Shown here one piece after another: positions 1 to 12,390 of a stretch of DNA of 64,000 bases. Below the pieces are notes generated by a model that had not been told where the DNA came from, did not search any database, and saw only the letters and a program-made list of their open reading frames with translations. The stretch is from Octopus sinensis (taxonomy: Eukaryota): the NCBI RefSeq assembly GCF_006345805.1, contig NC_043022.1, forward strand, positions 2,666,001-2,730,000, given 5' to 3'. Made by a program: the position numbers and the translations under genes. Within the stretch, counting starts at the first letter, position 1; each line of letters begins with the position of its first letter.

Positions 1-237
1 GACTTCAGCGAGGTAAAAGGGAAAGCGTGAGGTAGCCCTTGAGATTTCATTTATAAGCCTCGTAGCAGTGGTCACGCCTGCACTGGTTTTCATAATAGTT
101 CTTACTCGATGAGGGATGTCCTAGGCCTAAAGAACAACTAGCTCTTCGTGGTCGATCGCTCTGCTAGAAATAGCAACCAGATATCTTTTAGAACATACTG
201 TACCTTCTTAACTAATAAAAACGTACATCGAACAATG

Positions 238-322
238 GGCGGAGGTAAAGAATACGTCCACCACCCGTTTTCTTTGTAAGAAAACCCCTAAACACTGGGT
301 GTACGTATTCTTTACTTTCACC
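238..322. mobile_element. Short foldback element (MITE-like), copy 1
   Basis: GGCGGAGGTAAAGAATACGT...ACGTATTCTTTACTTTCACC terminal inverted repeat (17/20); related copies at 2118-2195 and 62871-62964. Confidence 0.55.
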
Positions 323-1059
323 TGATAATCTACCTGGTGGCCACGGTTGGAATGTCTTTGATTGGAGGTCTCTTAAAGTCAAGGTTGTCTTGAGTCTTAA
401 CGACAATTTTTCTTGGTGACATTTGTAGGGAGACAGTTGAATGGATGGGTCCCGGAATGCTCTTGAAGTGGCTATGGAGATTTTGAACTCAGAATGTAGG
501 GTCCTAAAGATGGATGTTGTCTGCTGCTTAGTTTGTCTGTTCTATCCCTTTCTGTCATTCTTACGACTGTTTGCGTTGGGAGTTCAAATCCCATCGAAGT
601 CGACCTCGCCCTCTTTCCGGTGTCGATTAAACATTTAAAGTACCAGACGAGTACTGGGGTCAGTGTCATCGACTGGTCCTGGGTCTCTTAGATTGCTGAT
701 CGTCAGTACCTCGAGCTAATGAGGGTGTGTCTCTGCGTTGCCAATCGATCTGCTAGAAATCGCAGCCAAATCCTCCCGATTATTGTCAGTAACTCGAGCA
801 AATGCAGGTGTCTCCACGTTGTTAGTCAATCTACTAGAAATAGCAGCCAAAGCTTCCTCAAACCACGCTCCGTTCTCTTAAAAAATGGACACATAAGAAA
901 TGTGCGCCTAGAGGTTACCCCCCTAAAAAGACGTGATAGTCATTGCTGGCATGCTTTTGATCGACCATAATCGACCCATGGTTAAATACTGCAAGTACTA
1001 TCTTCATCATCATCATTACGATAACTATTTTATTACTATACAAATATAATACAACTAGC

Positions 1060-1446
1060 GGAGGCGCAATGGCCCAGTGGTTAGAGCAGCGGACTCGCGG
1101 TCATAGGATCGTGGTTTCGATTCCCAGACTGGGCGTTGTGAGTGTTTATTGAGCGAAAACACCTAAAGCTCCACAAGGCTCCGGCAGGGGATGGTGGTGA
1201 TCCCTGCTGTACTCTTTCACCACAACTTTCTCTCACTCTTACTTCCTGTTTCTCTTGTACCCGTGATTTCAAAGGGGTCAGCCTTGTCACTCTCTGTGCC
1301 ACGCTGAATATCCCCGAGAACTACGTTAAGGGTACACGTGTCTGTGGAGTGCTCAGCCACTTACATGTTAATTTCACGAGCAGGCTGTTCCGTTGATTCG
1401 GATCAACCGGAACCCTCATCATCGTAACCGATGGAGTGCTTCCACG
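1060..1446 (+). mobile_element. tRNA-derived SINE family A, tail A1, full length
   Basis: Pol III A box TGGCCCAGTGG and B box GGTTTCGATTCCC; 11-bp TSD ATACAACTAGC (1049-1059/1447-1457). Confidence 0.9.
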
Positions 1447-1610
1447 ATACAACTAGCATTGGTTAACTAACCACTGCCATTAATAACAATAATAATATTT
1501 GGGAGGGACGGTAACCTTAGAGAATGAAGGAATCTGATGGTCGTACATACAGACATATACAAAGGAAGTAACGTGCGCACATTAGACGCTATTGTATACA
1601 TTATCATCGT

Positions 1611-1728
1611 AATGTCGGGGTCGATAAATTAAGTACCAGTTGCGTACTGGGGTTGATCTAATCGACTGTCCCTCCCCGCTCACTCTCCAAAAATTTCGGG
1701 CCTTGTGCCTCGAGTAGAAAAGAACGTA
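1611..1728 (+). mobile_element. SINE family C fragment (C2 tail)
   Basis: GGGGTCGATAAATTAAGTACCAG...AAATTTCGGGCCTTGTGCC shared with other C copies. Confidence 0.75.
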
Positions 1729-1734
1729 CACTGA

Positions 1735-2119
1735 TAGGCGCTGTGTGGTGAGACGCTTGCATCCCAACCCCATGGTTCCGGGTTCAGTCCCACTGCGTGG
1801 CACCTTGGACGAGTGTCTTCTTCTATAGCCTCGGGCCGACCAAAGCCTTGTGAGCGGATTTGGTAGACGGAAACTGAGAGAAGCCCGTCGAATGCATATA
1901 TGTATATGCATGTGTGTGTCTGTTTGTCTCCTCAACAGCTTGGCAACCGGCGTTAGTGCATTTACGTCCCTGTAACTTAGTGGTTCGGCAAAACAGAATG
2001 CTAGAATGAGTACCAGGTTTTTAAAAAAAATTGAGTACTGGGGTCAGTTAGTTCGACTGTAATCCTTCAAGGCGGTGCTCCAGCATGACACCAGTCAAAT
2101 GACTGAAATATAAAAGAAT
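1735..2119 (+). mobile_element. SINE family B (tRNA head, CORE-like, central microsatellite)
   Basis: GCTGTGTGGT...GGTTCAGTCCCACTGCGTGGCACCTTGG...GACTGAAA, shared with more than 25 copies in the window. Confidence 0.85.
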
Positions 2120-2216
2120 CTGCACACCACTTGTTTTCGGCGTAACCCTACAGCCGAACCCTAAACACCGGGTGTGCGTATTCTTTACCTTCGCCAAAAC
2201 ACTACACTCACACACA

Positions 2217-2780
2217 CAAGGCGGCGAGTTGGCAGAATCATTAGCACGCCGGGCGAAATGCTTACTGGTATTTCGTCTGCCGTTACGTTCTGAGTTCAAA
2301 TTCCGCCATGGTCGACTTTGCCTTTCATCCTTTTGGGGTCGATTAAATAAGTACCAGTTACACACTGGGGTCGATATAATCGACTTAATCCGTTTGTCTG
2401 TCCTTGTTTAGCCCCTTGTGGGTAGTAAAGAAATAGGTATTTCGCTTGTCGCAACGTTCTGAGTTCAAATTCCGCCAAGGTCGACTTTGCCTTTCATCCT
2501 TTCAGGGTCAATTAAATAAGTACCTGTTATGTACTGGGGTCGATATAATCGACTTAATCCATTTGTCTGCCCTTGTTTGTCCCCTCTGTGTTTAGCCCCT
2601 TGTGGGTAGTAAGGAAATAGGTATTTCATCTGCTGCTATGTTCTGAGCTCAAATTCCACCGAAGTCGACTTTGCCTTTTATTCTTTCGGCGTCGATAAAT
2701 TAAGTACCAGTTGCGTAATGGGGATCGATATAATCGACTGCCCCCCAAAAAATTTCGGGCCTTGTGCCTAGCGTAGAAAA
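2217..2780 (+). mobile_element. SINE family C head-to-tail trimer (full C1, truncated C1, truncated C2)
   Basis: Three successive GTTCTGAG(T/C)TCAAATTCC(G/A)CC..GTCGACTTTGCCTTT blocks joined at AAATAGGTATTTC. Confidence 0.85.
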
Positions 2781-3087
2781 TTATATGTACACACACACAC
2801 ACATTTAAGTATAGATGTTTCCCGGGCAAATAATGCTTAAATGCCTAATAGTATTTCTGGTATATCTGAAGGAAGATATTCTATCTTTCTTCAGATAACC
2901 GTTATCTGTCCATGTAAGCAGAAATATCTTCTAAGAGGCTTTTTTTTCATGTCAGCCACATGTATTTCTTTTAACATTTTCTTTCATCAGGCCATGTCCT
3001 TTGAATCTTATTTAAATACCATCTTATACAGTGATCCCTCGCAGTACGAGTTTAATTCATTCCCTGACCGAGCTTGTCTTACGATTT

Positions 3088-3422
3088 GCGGTTTCGATTC
3101 CCAGACCGAGCGTTGTGAGTGTTTATTGAGCGAAAACACCTAAAAGCTCCACGAGGCTCCGGCAGGGGATGGTGGTGATCCCTGCTGTACTCTTTCGCCC
3201 ACAACTTTCTCTCACTCTTACTTCCCCTGGTTTCTGTTCTACCTGTATTTCACGGCTTGTCACTCTCTGTGTCACGCCGAATATCCCCGAGAACTATGTT
3301 AAGGGTACACGGTGTCTGTGGAGTGCTCAGCCACTTACACGTTAATTTCACGAGCAGGCTGTTCCGTTGATTCAGATCGACCGGAACCCTCGTCGTCGTA
3401 ACCGACAGAGTGCTTCTCTCTC
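3088..3422 (+). mobile_element. SINE family A (A1), 5'-truncated
   Basis: Colinear with 1060-1446; 11-bp TSD TCTTACGATTT (3077-3087/3423-3433). Confidence 0.9.
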
Positions 3423-3589
3423 TCTTACGATTTACTTGTTTTACAAATCAATTTTCCCCGTTGAAATTAACTAAAATATACTTAATCCGTTCCAGCTCCC
3501 CAAAACCACCCAAAGATAATTTTTTTTATGGATTTTAAAACAGAAAAGGTTTAGTTACAAGTAAAACGACAATTATAAAAAAGAGAATA

Positions 3590-3937
3590 CTTTTTTACTC
3601 TTGTTTCAGTCATTTGACTGTGGCCATGCTGGAGCACCGCCTTTAGTCAAGCAAATTGACCCCGGTCTCTTTTGCTGAACCGCTAAGTGACGGGGACGTA
3701 AACACACCAGCATCGGTTGTCAAGCAATGCTAGGGGGACAAACACAGACACACAAACATACATATATATATATACATATATACGACAGGCTTCTTTCAGT
3801 TTCCATCTACCAAATCCACTCACAAGGCATTGGTCTGCCCGGGGCTATAGCAGAAGACACCTGCCCAAGGTGCCACGCAGTGGGACTGAACCCGGAACCA
3901 TGTGGTTGGTTAGCAAGCTACTTACCACACAGCCACA
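3590..3937 (-). mobile_element. SINE family B
   Basis: Reverse complement of the B consensus with an internal deletion. Confidence 0.85.
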
Positions 3938-4534
3938 ATGTGGAAAAAATATGCGTAAACTGGTTTTATTAACTGAATTTCCTTAAAGATGGGACTGCAA
4001 ATTACTCGTACAATGGGTCTCTCGTACTTCGAGGTTCTACTGTATTTCTTGACCAAGAAGACCGGTTTTAAGTAAGCTCTGTCTCATATTTAATTATGGT
4101 AAAGTTCTCTCCTCTGTTTGAATGCTATGATCTCTATCCTACATTTTTAGGTCAAGTTTTCTCTCACTTCCTTTCTGGGCCCTGCGCCCTCCATCCTGTA
4201 GTTCTAAACCAAGGTCTCTTTCTCCTGTCTTAGGGCCAAGTCCTGTTTTTATGCCAAATTCCCTCTCTCTCTCTTGCCCTTTATTTTTGGTCTCAGCTCC
4301 CTCTATCCTGCAACTTTGGACCAAGGTCTTTCTCTCCCGTATCTTGGAATTTTCTCTCAGGATCTCAAGTTGTTTACCCTGTATCTTTGGACCAAGCTCT
4401 CTCCCACCCTCTGTATTTTGGGGCCCAACTCTCTCCATCCTGTAGCTATGAAACTAGTAGTCCTCGGCCACATTTTCTTTTGCCTATGGACCCCTTTCAT
4501 CCCCATTTTACTGGGATGGACCCTTATAACCATT

Positions 4535-4600
4535 CAAGTTGAACCGTCCAACCCATGCTAGCATGGAAAGCGGACGCTAAACGATGATGATGATGATATA
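4535..4600 (+). mobile_element. Family D 3' end
   Basis: CCGTCCAACCCATGCTAGCATGGAAAGCGGACGCTAAACGATGATGATG. Confidence 0.8.
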
Positions 4601-5199
4601 TATAAAACTTTACTGTCTTCACTCTTTTATTGCTGTTCTTGTTTTAACTCTTGTCCATTGTCCTGAAATCTTTCATCTGAGGTGGTCACAGATGTGTGAA
4701 GAAAGATTTCCAGACGATGGACATGAGTTAGAATAAGAACAGTAATGACCAAGTGAAGAATGACTATATAGGGCGCGTGTTTATTTGGCAAAAAAAAAGA
4801 AGAAAATTTATCGTCCCGAAATACAGCAATATATATATATATATATACATTGGAAGGTTTGGAGATGATGTACAGGTATTTTATGTTAGAAGAAATGAGG
4901 TAATCAGAAGATCGGATGGTTTATATTTACAGATATTTATTTGTATATTACATTTTTTATACATCATATAACTTAGAGTATGTATTAGCGCTTTCTCCCA
5001 TTCTAGGGGACGGGGTTCAAATCGAACTAAGTTCCTGTGTGAAAAGTTTTGACCATTTTATAGAGTTTTGTAGTGGTGGGGAGGAATATAAGACAGTACA
5101 AGAGGGTGATGGATGAGGAGAAAGTGAGAGAGAGAGCATGTGTGTTTGTGTTTAATGAGGGGTGGTCAAATGGTTTTTTGGGTTTAGAGAAGAAGAATG

Positions 5200-5244
<45 letters not shown>

Positions 5245-5513
5245 TAGAGATAAAACCACTATTAGGCAAATCAAACAGTGAAAAACATAAACCAAAACAT
5301 CAAAATAAAAATATAATTTACAAATATATAAAATTTAAATTTAAAATTATTAATTTATATTTAAATTTATATTTATAATTTTAAAAAAAATTATATATAA
5401 CTATCAAAAAGTATTAAAAACTTTATTATAAGATATATATATATATATATCTTATAATAAAGTGCTTCAGTTGGTCGCACACCACAAGGTTCAAGCGAGT
5501 TTTTGGAAGCAAA

Positions 5514-5910
5514 TCTTTATATATAAAAGAGAAGTTGTGTGTCTGTCTCCTACGATTTAGATTCCTAACTACTCCCACATTTTGCGGTGCAGTTTAACCA
5601 AACCCGGGTTTCTTATAGTCGTGATTCATATCGAGCCCTTCTGGGTATTAGCGCGCGTCTACGATGAGTCTACGATTTTAAAAAAAATTTACCATAATTT
5701 TTTTCCATTTTAATGCATTTTTCGCTATTATATAAGGGAAGTAACTCTCTAAAAATGTCTACGATGAGTCAACGATTTAAAAAAAAATTTACCATCATTT
5801 TTTTCCATTTTTAATGCATTTTTTTGCTAATTTTTGGCTATAACTCTCTAAAAATGCTTATATAGTTATTTCCCTTACAAACCCGAGCAACGCCGGGCGA
5901 TACTTGTTAG
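5514..5910 (+). mobile_element. Non-autonomous Helitron family 1
   Basis: A|TC start, subterminal CCGAGCAACGCCGGGCG motif, TTAG|T end (CTAG in the paralog); near-identical to 49469-49862. Confidence 0.8.
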
Positions 5911-6242
5911 TGTTCTATATATTTGGAAAAGAAAATTAGACAAACAAAGCGAAAAAAAACTACCTATGAGAATATCTGCCAACATTTTACATAACAAATA
6001 CCACAACCACCAACAATTAATAATAATAATAATAATAACAAGCAGAATTTTAATAATAATAATAATAATAATGACGATCCGTGGTTGCATATTTTATCTA
6101 ATCTTTTCTCCATTACTCATTGTGAAAGTTTGAAATGAATTTGATAAACAACCGCAAAGAATAACAAAACAAATCGTAAACTAAGTTTTTAGTCATAAGA
6201 CTTACATATTTATATTGTTAATCTCCATACATTATATCTATC

Positions 6243-6277
<35 letters not shown>

Positions 6278-6281
6278 ATAT

Positions 6282-6331
<50 letters not shown>

Positions 6332-8423
6332 ATATACACACATATGTATATATACACACATATGTATGTATATATACACGTATGTATGTTATGTATATAG
6401 ATGTATTGTCTGTCTTTACTAGGTCAGATCGACATAGCTAGTTCGCTCACCTTTCCCGTTCAGACATATTATTTATATATATTTACACAGTTTGGGATAT
6501 TTATTGACCTTTTCCCGGGTAAATTGTTTATTTTTTATTTATCTTCTTAATTAATTATTCAACCGTCCGTCTCTCTGCCTTTTTAAAAAAAAAATTTTTT
6601 CCCATGCTTTGTGCTTAGACAACTTTTTTCTGATTAATTCTGAGCTGATTGTTTTTATGTTTACAAAAACTTTTTTTCGGGACATTGAACTATAAACGTA
6701 TGAATTTTACTCATTTTCTATTTTATTGTTATATTTTTTTCTTTAATTCTATTTTGTGCATTCATTTTCGTAATTAAATGATAATTACTACCAGCCATCA
6801 GAAATACGAAATATTTTCTAATTAACCTCTTAGACTGGATCCACCACACAGGTTTCCGACTGTAAATTTAAAGGTCTAATGTTTATTGTTTTTGCCTTTT
6901 CCCACCTTATATTTCCTCCTCTTCCTTCTCCTCCCTCACTCGTGATAAAGAAAGAAAGAAAGAACATTACATCTATTTTTTTTTAAAATGACAAACGTAG
7001 GTTTTTTTTTCTCTCTCTCTCCTATCTTGTCGCGTTTATCTTCATTTATTTACCTCGGTTCCTCCTGGAACGGAATACTCACCCCCCCTCAAGTCTTTTC
7101 AGTTGACACTAAATATATATAGATATATGTAAAAAAAAGCCCTTTAAGTGCTGTGGTTTTACTGGGATCTCCCTTTTAAGTAGAAAGAATAGCCATAACT
7201 CTTTGACTGCTATTTCTAAATTCGGTGTGTGGTGAGGCAAATCGTTGCTAAACCCTTAATTACTTAGTATAGATATATGTTTATACATTCACACACACAC
7301 ACACACACACACACAGAGGGAAGCATATTTACACAAACAAACATCTGTTCCCGCCCCCCTAACTTTGTTTCCTCATAGCTTCCAGAAAAATAGATATTTT
7401 TTTAACGAACATTTCCACAAATGCACTTCTGATGGTGTAGATTGCAATTACATCGGGATTTGTGGCGGAAAAAACCCCCCAAAATGTATGTATGGTTATA
7501 CCTTTAATTTTAGATTTTCATTCATCAACGACAACACGAACGTGTGTGTGTTGTGTTTCGCATTTCATCTTTTCTCTAAAAATGGTCTTTCTTCATCTTT
7601 CCGCTTTCGTTTTCCTGTCTTACCGTTTATCAGTTGTGCGTATATATATATATATACATATATAAAATGAAACTGTTAGTGTCCAGGTTGTCAATAAATG
7701 ACAGTAATTGTCGAAACGTGTTCACGATGTCAGTTGCTAATGCGAATATGAAGATGTCAAAATAATAGGAAAAATAAGAAGGAAAAAAAACTATATTCCT
7801 CCCTCCCCAATTATTATAATACAGGTTTGATTACTTTTGATTTTGTACAATATGTTGTAAGTCAGTGTAATTCCTTCGTTGGTTTTTATGTTAAATGAGG
7901 ATCGTTTCGTTTTCTCTGCCCCTTTTTTGTTTCGCTCCCCTCTTAATGGCTTTTAAAAAATTTTTTATTTAAAAAAAAAAAAAAATGAAATATATTCTCC
8001 CATTCTTGGGTTTCTATAGAATCTGTTCAATGATTTGTTTCGAGAACGTTCGGTAGAATCACCACAGTTTAAAGCCACATACATCTCTTTCTCTCTCTCT
8101 CTCTCTCACACACACTCTCTCTTTCTCTTTCTCTCTCTCACATGTATAATGGATGGAGTTATAGACAACCTAGTTGTTATAGAAAGAAACCATATGTATT
8201 TAATAAATCAGCCATTATACAACATTTCTTTCTTTGGTAATGTCTTCAGTACCAACAGAGGAAATGAAGAAATGGGGGCGGAGAAAAAAAGAAAAAAGCT
8301 CGGTTTTTATTGTACGATGCCTTAACCGAAGTAGCAGATGTCTTTTTAGACATTGTATATCAAGGAATACAGTGGCCAACATGTCTTAACCTTTTTAAAA
8401 TTTTTTTTTTATAGCATATCCGT

Positions 8424-8893
8424 TGAGTGAGATTTGGCTGTTATTTCTAGCTTCCGTAGAGGCTTTTTAAAAAATTGCCTGAGCTGAGCGAGATTTGGTT
8501 TTATTTCTAGCTCCTGTAGAAGCTTTTCTTTTTTTGTTTTCTTTTTGAAGTCGATCACATGTGAGATGAGTGAGATTTGGCTGTTATTTCTAGCTTCCGT
8601 AGAGGCTTTTTTCAAAAATGCCTGAGCTGAGCGAGATTTGGTTTTATTTCTAGCTCCTGTAGAAGCTTTTCTTTTTTGTTTTCTTTTTGAAGTCGATCAC
8701 ATGTGAGTCGAGTGAGATTTGGCTGTTATTTCTAGCCTCCGTAGAGGCTTTTTAAAAAAATGCCTGAGCTGAGCGAGATTTGGTTTTATTTCTAGCTCCT
8801 GTAGAAGCTTTTCTTTTTTCGTTTTCTTTTTGAAGTCGATCACATGTGATTTGAGTGAGATTTGGCTGTTATTTCTAGCCGTCGTAGAAGCTT
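8424..8893. repeat. Tandem repeat, ~142-143-bp unit x ~3.3
   Basis: Units start at 8424, 8567, 8709, 8852 with GAGTGAGATTTGGCTGTTATTTCTAGC. Confidence 0.95.
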
Positions 8894-9289
8894 CCCCGCT
8901 ATTCGTTCAATGTAGTGGGAGGAAAAATAATGAATGGAAGCGTGTAGACTGTATTATTAGAAGAGGCCTGGTATTTTCACTCTAGTTAATTTCCTATATT
9001 TGGCATCTGTTAAAGCATTTTAAAATATTGGTCAGATCGACTCTAGCCTGCAACACAGTTTATTCTGCACTGCCAGGATTGGTGGCATCGGTTTTAACAC
9101 CATTTGCTTGTAACCTCCTACCATTGAAGAAAAAAATATATATTGTCTTTTACGGCAAGGAATGGTGCCATCGTTTTACAACCACAAACCACTTGCAACC
9201 TTCGAACATTGAGAGAAAAAAGAACTTAGAAATGTTAAAACTGAACAGCAACAGAAGACTAATTTATATTAGTATGTTCTTGTAATCTG

Positions 9290-9725
9290 TTACTAGTTTC
9301 AGTTATTAGACTGTGGCCATGCTGGGGCACTGCTTTGAAGAATTATTAGTTGAATGAATTGACCCCAGGACTTCTTTTCAAGCCTGGTACTTATTTTATT
9401 GGTCTCTTTGCAGAATCGTTAAATTTTGGGTACATAAACATCAATACCGAATGTCAAGCAGTGATGGGGAACACACACACATATGATAGGCTTTTTTCAG
9501 TTTCCTATTTCTTTATTGCCCACAATGGGCTAAACATAGAGAGGAAAAACAACGGGATTAAGTTGATTACATCAACCCCAGTGCGTAACTGGTACTTAAT
9601 TTATCGACCCTGAAAGGGTGGAAGGCAAAGTAGACCTTGGTGGAACTTGAACTCAGTGCTAACGTTTCTGCCAGCTCACCGCTTCTTTCAGTTTCCATCT
9701 ACCTAATCTACTCACAAGGCTTCCT
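9290..9725 (-). mobile_element. Degenerate B SINE interrupted by a C1 SINE (9506-9680)
   Basis: 16-bp TSD GCTT(T/C)TTTCAGTTTCC (9490-9505/9681-9696). Confidence 0.75.
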
Positions 9726-9846
9726 TCTTCTTCTTTGCCGTTGTCAACATGTCATCCCATGTCAGGGCATCATCTTGAAGAATTTTCAGTTGAATAAATC
9801 AACCCGAGCACTTAGGTTTTTTTTGGGTTTTTCTTTTTCCTTTTAA

Positions 9847-10067
9847 CCCTTTAGCATTCATATTAATTTGGCAAAAATAATCCTTATTTATTCGCATTAA
9901 AAAAAAATTTATCTGATATTATTTTGTAGCTTCAAGACAGGAAAGATGTAATTGCTTATTTTTAGAATGACATTGCAGGGTAGGTGTGAGATGCTGGCTC
10001 TGGCCAGTTTGAGCATAAAATGTGTAGAATATTTGGGTCGGATACACCTGGTTAAAACACTAAAGGG
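9847..10067 (-). mobile_element. piggyBac-like MITE family E
   Basis: TTAA|CCCTTTAG...CTAAAGGG|TTAA termini, about 220 bp. Confidence 0.8.
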
Positions 10068-10259
10068 TTAAGCCTGATACTCATTCTATTTAATTCCCTT
10101 TGCCAAAGCCAAGTTATGCAAATATGAAAACCATTATGGGGTGAGGGACAAACCCACACAGACACACACACACACACCAAAGAACCTATACGAGGCGGGT
10201 GCTGAAAAATTCTTGGCTATTGGTAAAAGAAAATATGGGAGGATCAGTTATTTTATTCA

Positions 10260-10480
10260 ACATATTCTCCTTAGAATTTTTTCTACTCTAGGAACAAGGC
10301 CTGAAATTTTTTGGGAGGAGGGGACCAGCTGATTAGATTGACCCCAGTATGCAACTGGTACTTAATTTATTGACCTTGAAAGAATGAAAGGCAAAGTTGA
10401 CCTCGGCAGAATTTGAACTCTGAACGTAAAGGCAGACAAAATACCGCTAAGCATTTCGCCTGGCGTGCTAATGTATATTC
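10260..10480 (-). mobile_element. SINE family C (C2), degenerate
   Basis: GAAAGGCAAAGTTGACCTCGGCAGAATTTGAACTC...GCGTGCTAA. Confidence 0.75.
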
Positions 10481-11082
10481 CCCTTAGAATCACGCATATA
10501 TTGCAGTGGTCCTTCAGTTTTTCTAAGCCCTGTAAAAACTCGAAAGGTTGGACCTCCAACCAGGCCTTTCATGAATGATACTCTAAAAGTCGGGAAATTT
10601 TCGGAACCCCCTTGTGTGAGTGTGTGTGTATGTCTGTATACGATGGGCTTCTTTCAGTTTCTGTCTACCAAATCCACTCACATCTATCATAGCCCAACAT
10701 GCCACGTAGTGAGACTGAACCCGGAACCATGAGGTTGAGAAGCAAATTTCTTACCACACAGCAATTCCCGTGCCTATTTTCCTACTTCTAAACTTTCTTT
10801 TCTATTCTGGATTATTGACCACGTCGTTATATAATCATGTTTCTTATTCCAGTGTGTGTATGTGAGTGTATATATATTTGGGCTAAACACTATTTATGGC
10901 TTACATTAAGACACTTTAGTTTGTTTACTCAAGTTACCGATATGATGAAATTGTTTCCCTCTAATGTTTCATAGCAAAGTGTCTATTTTTAGAAAAGTTT
11001 TCCGCTTTGTAAAAATTTCTTCAGAAATGTTCAAACATTTGGTATTCGCACCACGATTCTTGTCGAGCCAATAAGTAGAACC

Positions 11083-11506
11083 TCATCGTTGTTGTTGTTT
11101 TTGCGTCCACTTTTCCATGCTTGCATGGGTCGGATGGAACTTGCTGAGGTGGACTTTCCGTGGCTGGATGCCTTTCCTGTCACCAACCCTCGTTTGTTTC
11201 CAAATAAGGTTAAAAAAATTCCCTCCCCTCCTTGGACATGTTTTCATGAAAGTTTGGAAACAGACACTGCTTGTATGCTGGTGATACTCGTTTACAACAA
11301 TCACATGATGTCAAAACAATGCCAAGTCTCTCTCTCTCTCACACACATGATGGGCTTCTTTCAGTTTCCATCCACCAAATCCACCCACAAGGCTTTGGTT
11401 GTCCTTTGGCTATAATAAAAGACACTTGCCCAAGGTGCCATGCAGTGGGACTGAACCTGGAACCAAGTGGTTGAGAAGCAAACTTCTTAGTCACACAGCT
11501 GTGCCT
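11083..11506 (-). mobile_element. Family J SINE: B-type head joined to a D-like tail
   Basis: B head 11348-11506, CT/CA microsatellite, then J body and a CCATGCTTGCATGG tail ending in a trinucleotide repeat. Confidence 0.7.
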
Positions 11507-11541
11507 GTATATAAGATATGGCATGATCATGGCTGGAATTG

Positions 11542-11725
11542 CTTGGCTGTGTGGTTAGGGAGCTTGCTTCCTAGCTACATGATTTCGGGTTCAGTCCCAC
11601 TGTCTTCCACTATAGCCCCGAGCCAACCGAAGCTTTGTGATTGAATTCGGTAGGCGGAAGTTACTGCCGTGTATGTGTGCGTGCGTATAGCTGCTCAGTG
11701 CCTCTCCGAAAGAGAGAGAGGGATA
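11542..11725 (+). mobile_element. B-head subfamily B'
   Basis: Shares GAAGCTTTGTGATTGAATTCGGTAGGCGG...GCTCAGTG.CTCTCCGAAAGAGAG with 56137-56330. Confidence 0.7.
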
Positions 11726-12047
11726 GGTCTGCTTGATCAGGGCTGACTTATGACCAAATACCTCAATTTCCTGTCTCTGTTATCATCGTCTAACATCCAT
11801 TTTCCATGCTGGCATGGGTTGGAGAGTTTGATGGGAGCTGGCAAGGCTGGAGAGCTGCTCCAGTTGTCTGTGTTGGCATGGTTTCTAATGCCAACAATTT
11901 TGCAATGTGTACGGAGTGCTTTGTACATGGTGCCAGCGCAGGTACTTTGTGTATGGTGCCAATGCAGGGGCTTTTTACATATTGATAAACTGAGATATTG
12001 AAGAGTTGTGAAATGATGACTGAAAGACAGTCCATATATTGTGGACC

Positions 12048-12390
12048 ATCATCATCATCATCGTTTAGCGTCCGCTTTCCATGCTAGCATGGGTTGGACG
12101 GTTCAACTGGGGTCTGGGAAGCCAGGAAGCTGCACCAGGCTCCAGTCTGATCTGGCAATGTTTCTACGACTAGATGCCCTTCCTAACACCAACCACTGCG
12201 TGAGTGTAATGGATGCTTTTTACGTGCCACCGGCACAGGTGCCAGACGAGGCTGGCAAACAGCCACGATCGGATGGTGCTTTTTACGTGCCACCGGCATG
12301 GGGGCCAGGCGAGGCTGGCAAACAGCCACGATCGGATGGTGCTTTTTACGTGCCACCGGCACAGAGGCCAGGCGAGGCTGGCAACGGCTT
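12048..12390 (-). mobile_element. Family D element with 63-bp internal tandem units
   Basis: (CAT)n-CGTTTAGCGTCC-CCATGCTAGCATGG; TACGTGCCACC recurs at 12221, 12284, 12347. Confidence 0.85.

Noticed and set aside
1060-1135. tRNA genes at the A, B and C heads
   Set aside because: A and B boxes are present, but there is no complete cloverleaf or acceptor stem and each runs into a repeat body; these are SINE heads.
5419-5464. AT-rich palindrome ACTTTATTATAAGA(TA)nTCTTATAATAAAAGT
   Set aside because: Short and almost all A/T around a (TA)n core; plausible by chance or slippage.
7690-7725. GACA-GTAAT-TGTC-GAAACGT, a hammerhead-like half
   Set aside because: Stem II and GAAACGT are present, but no CUGANGA-like core or stem I can be drawn.
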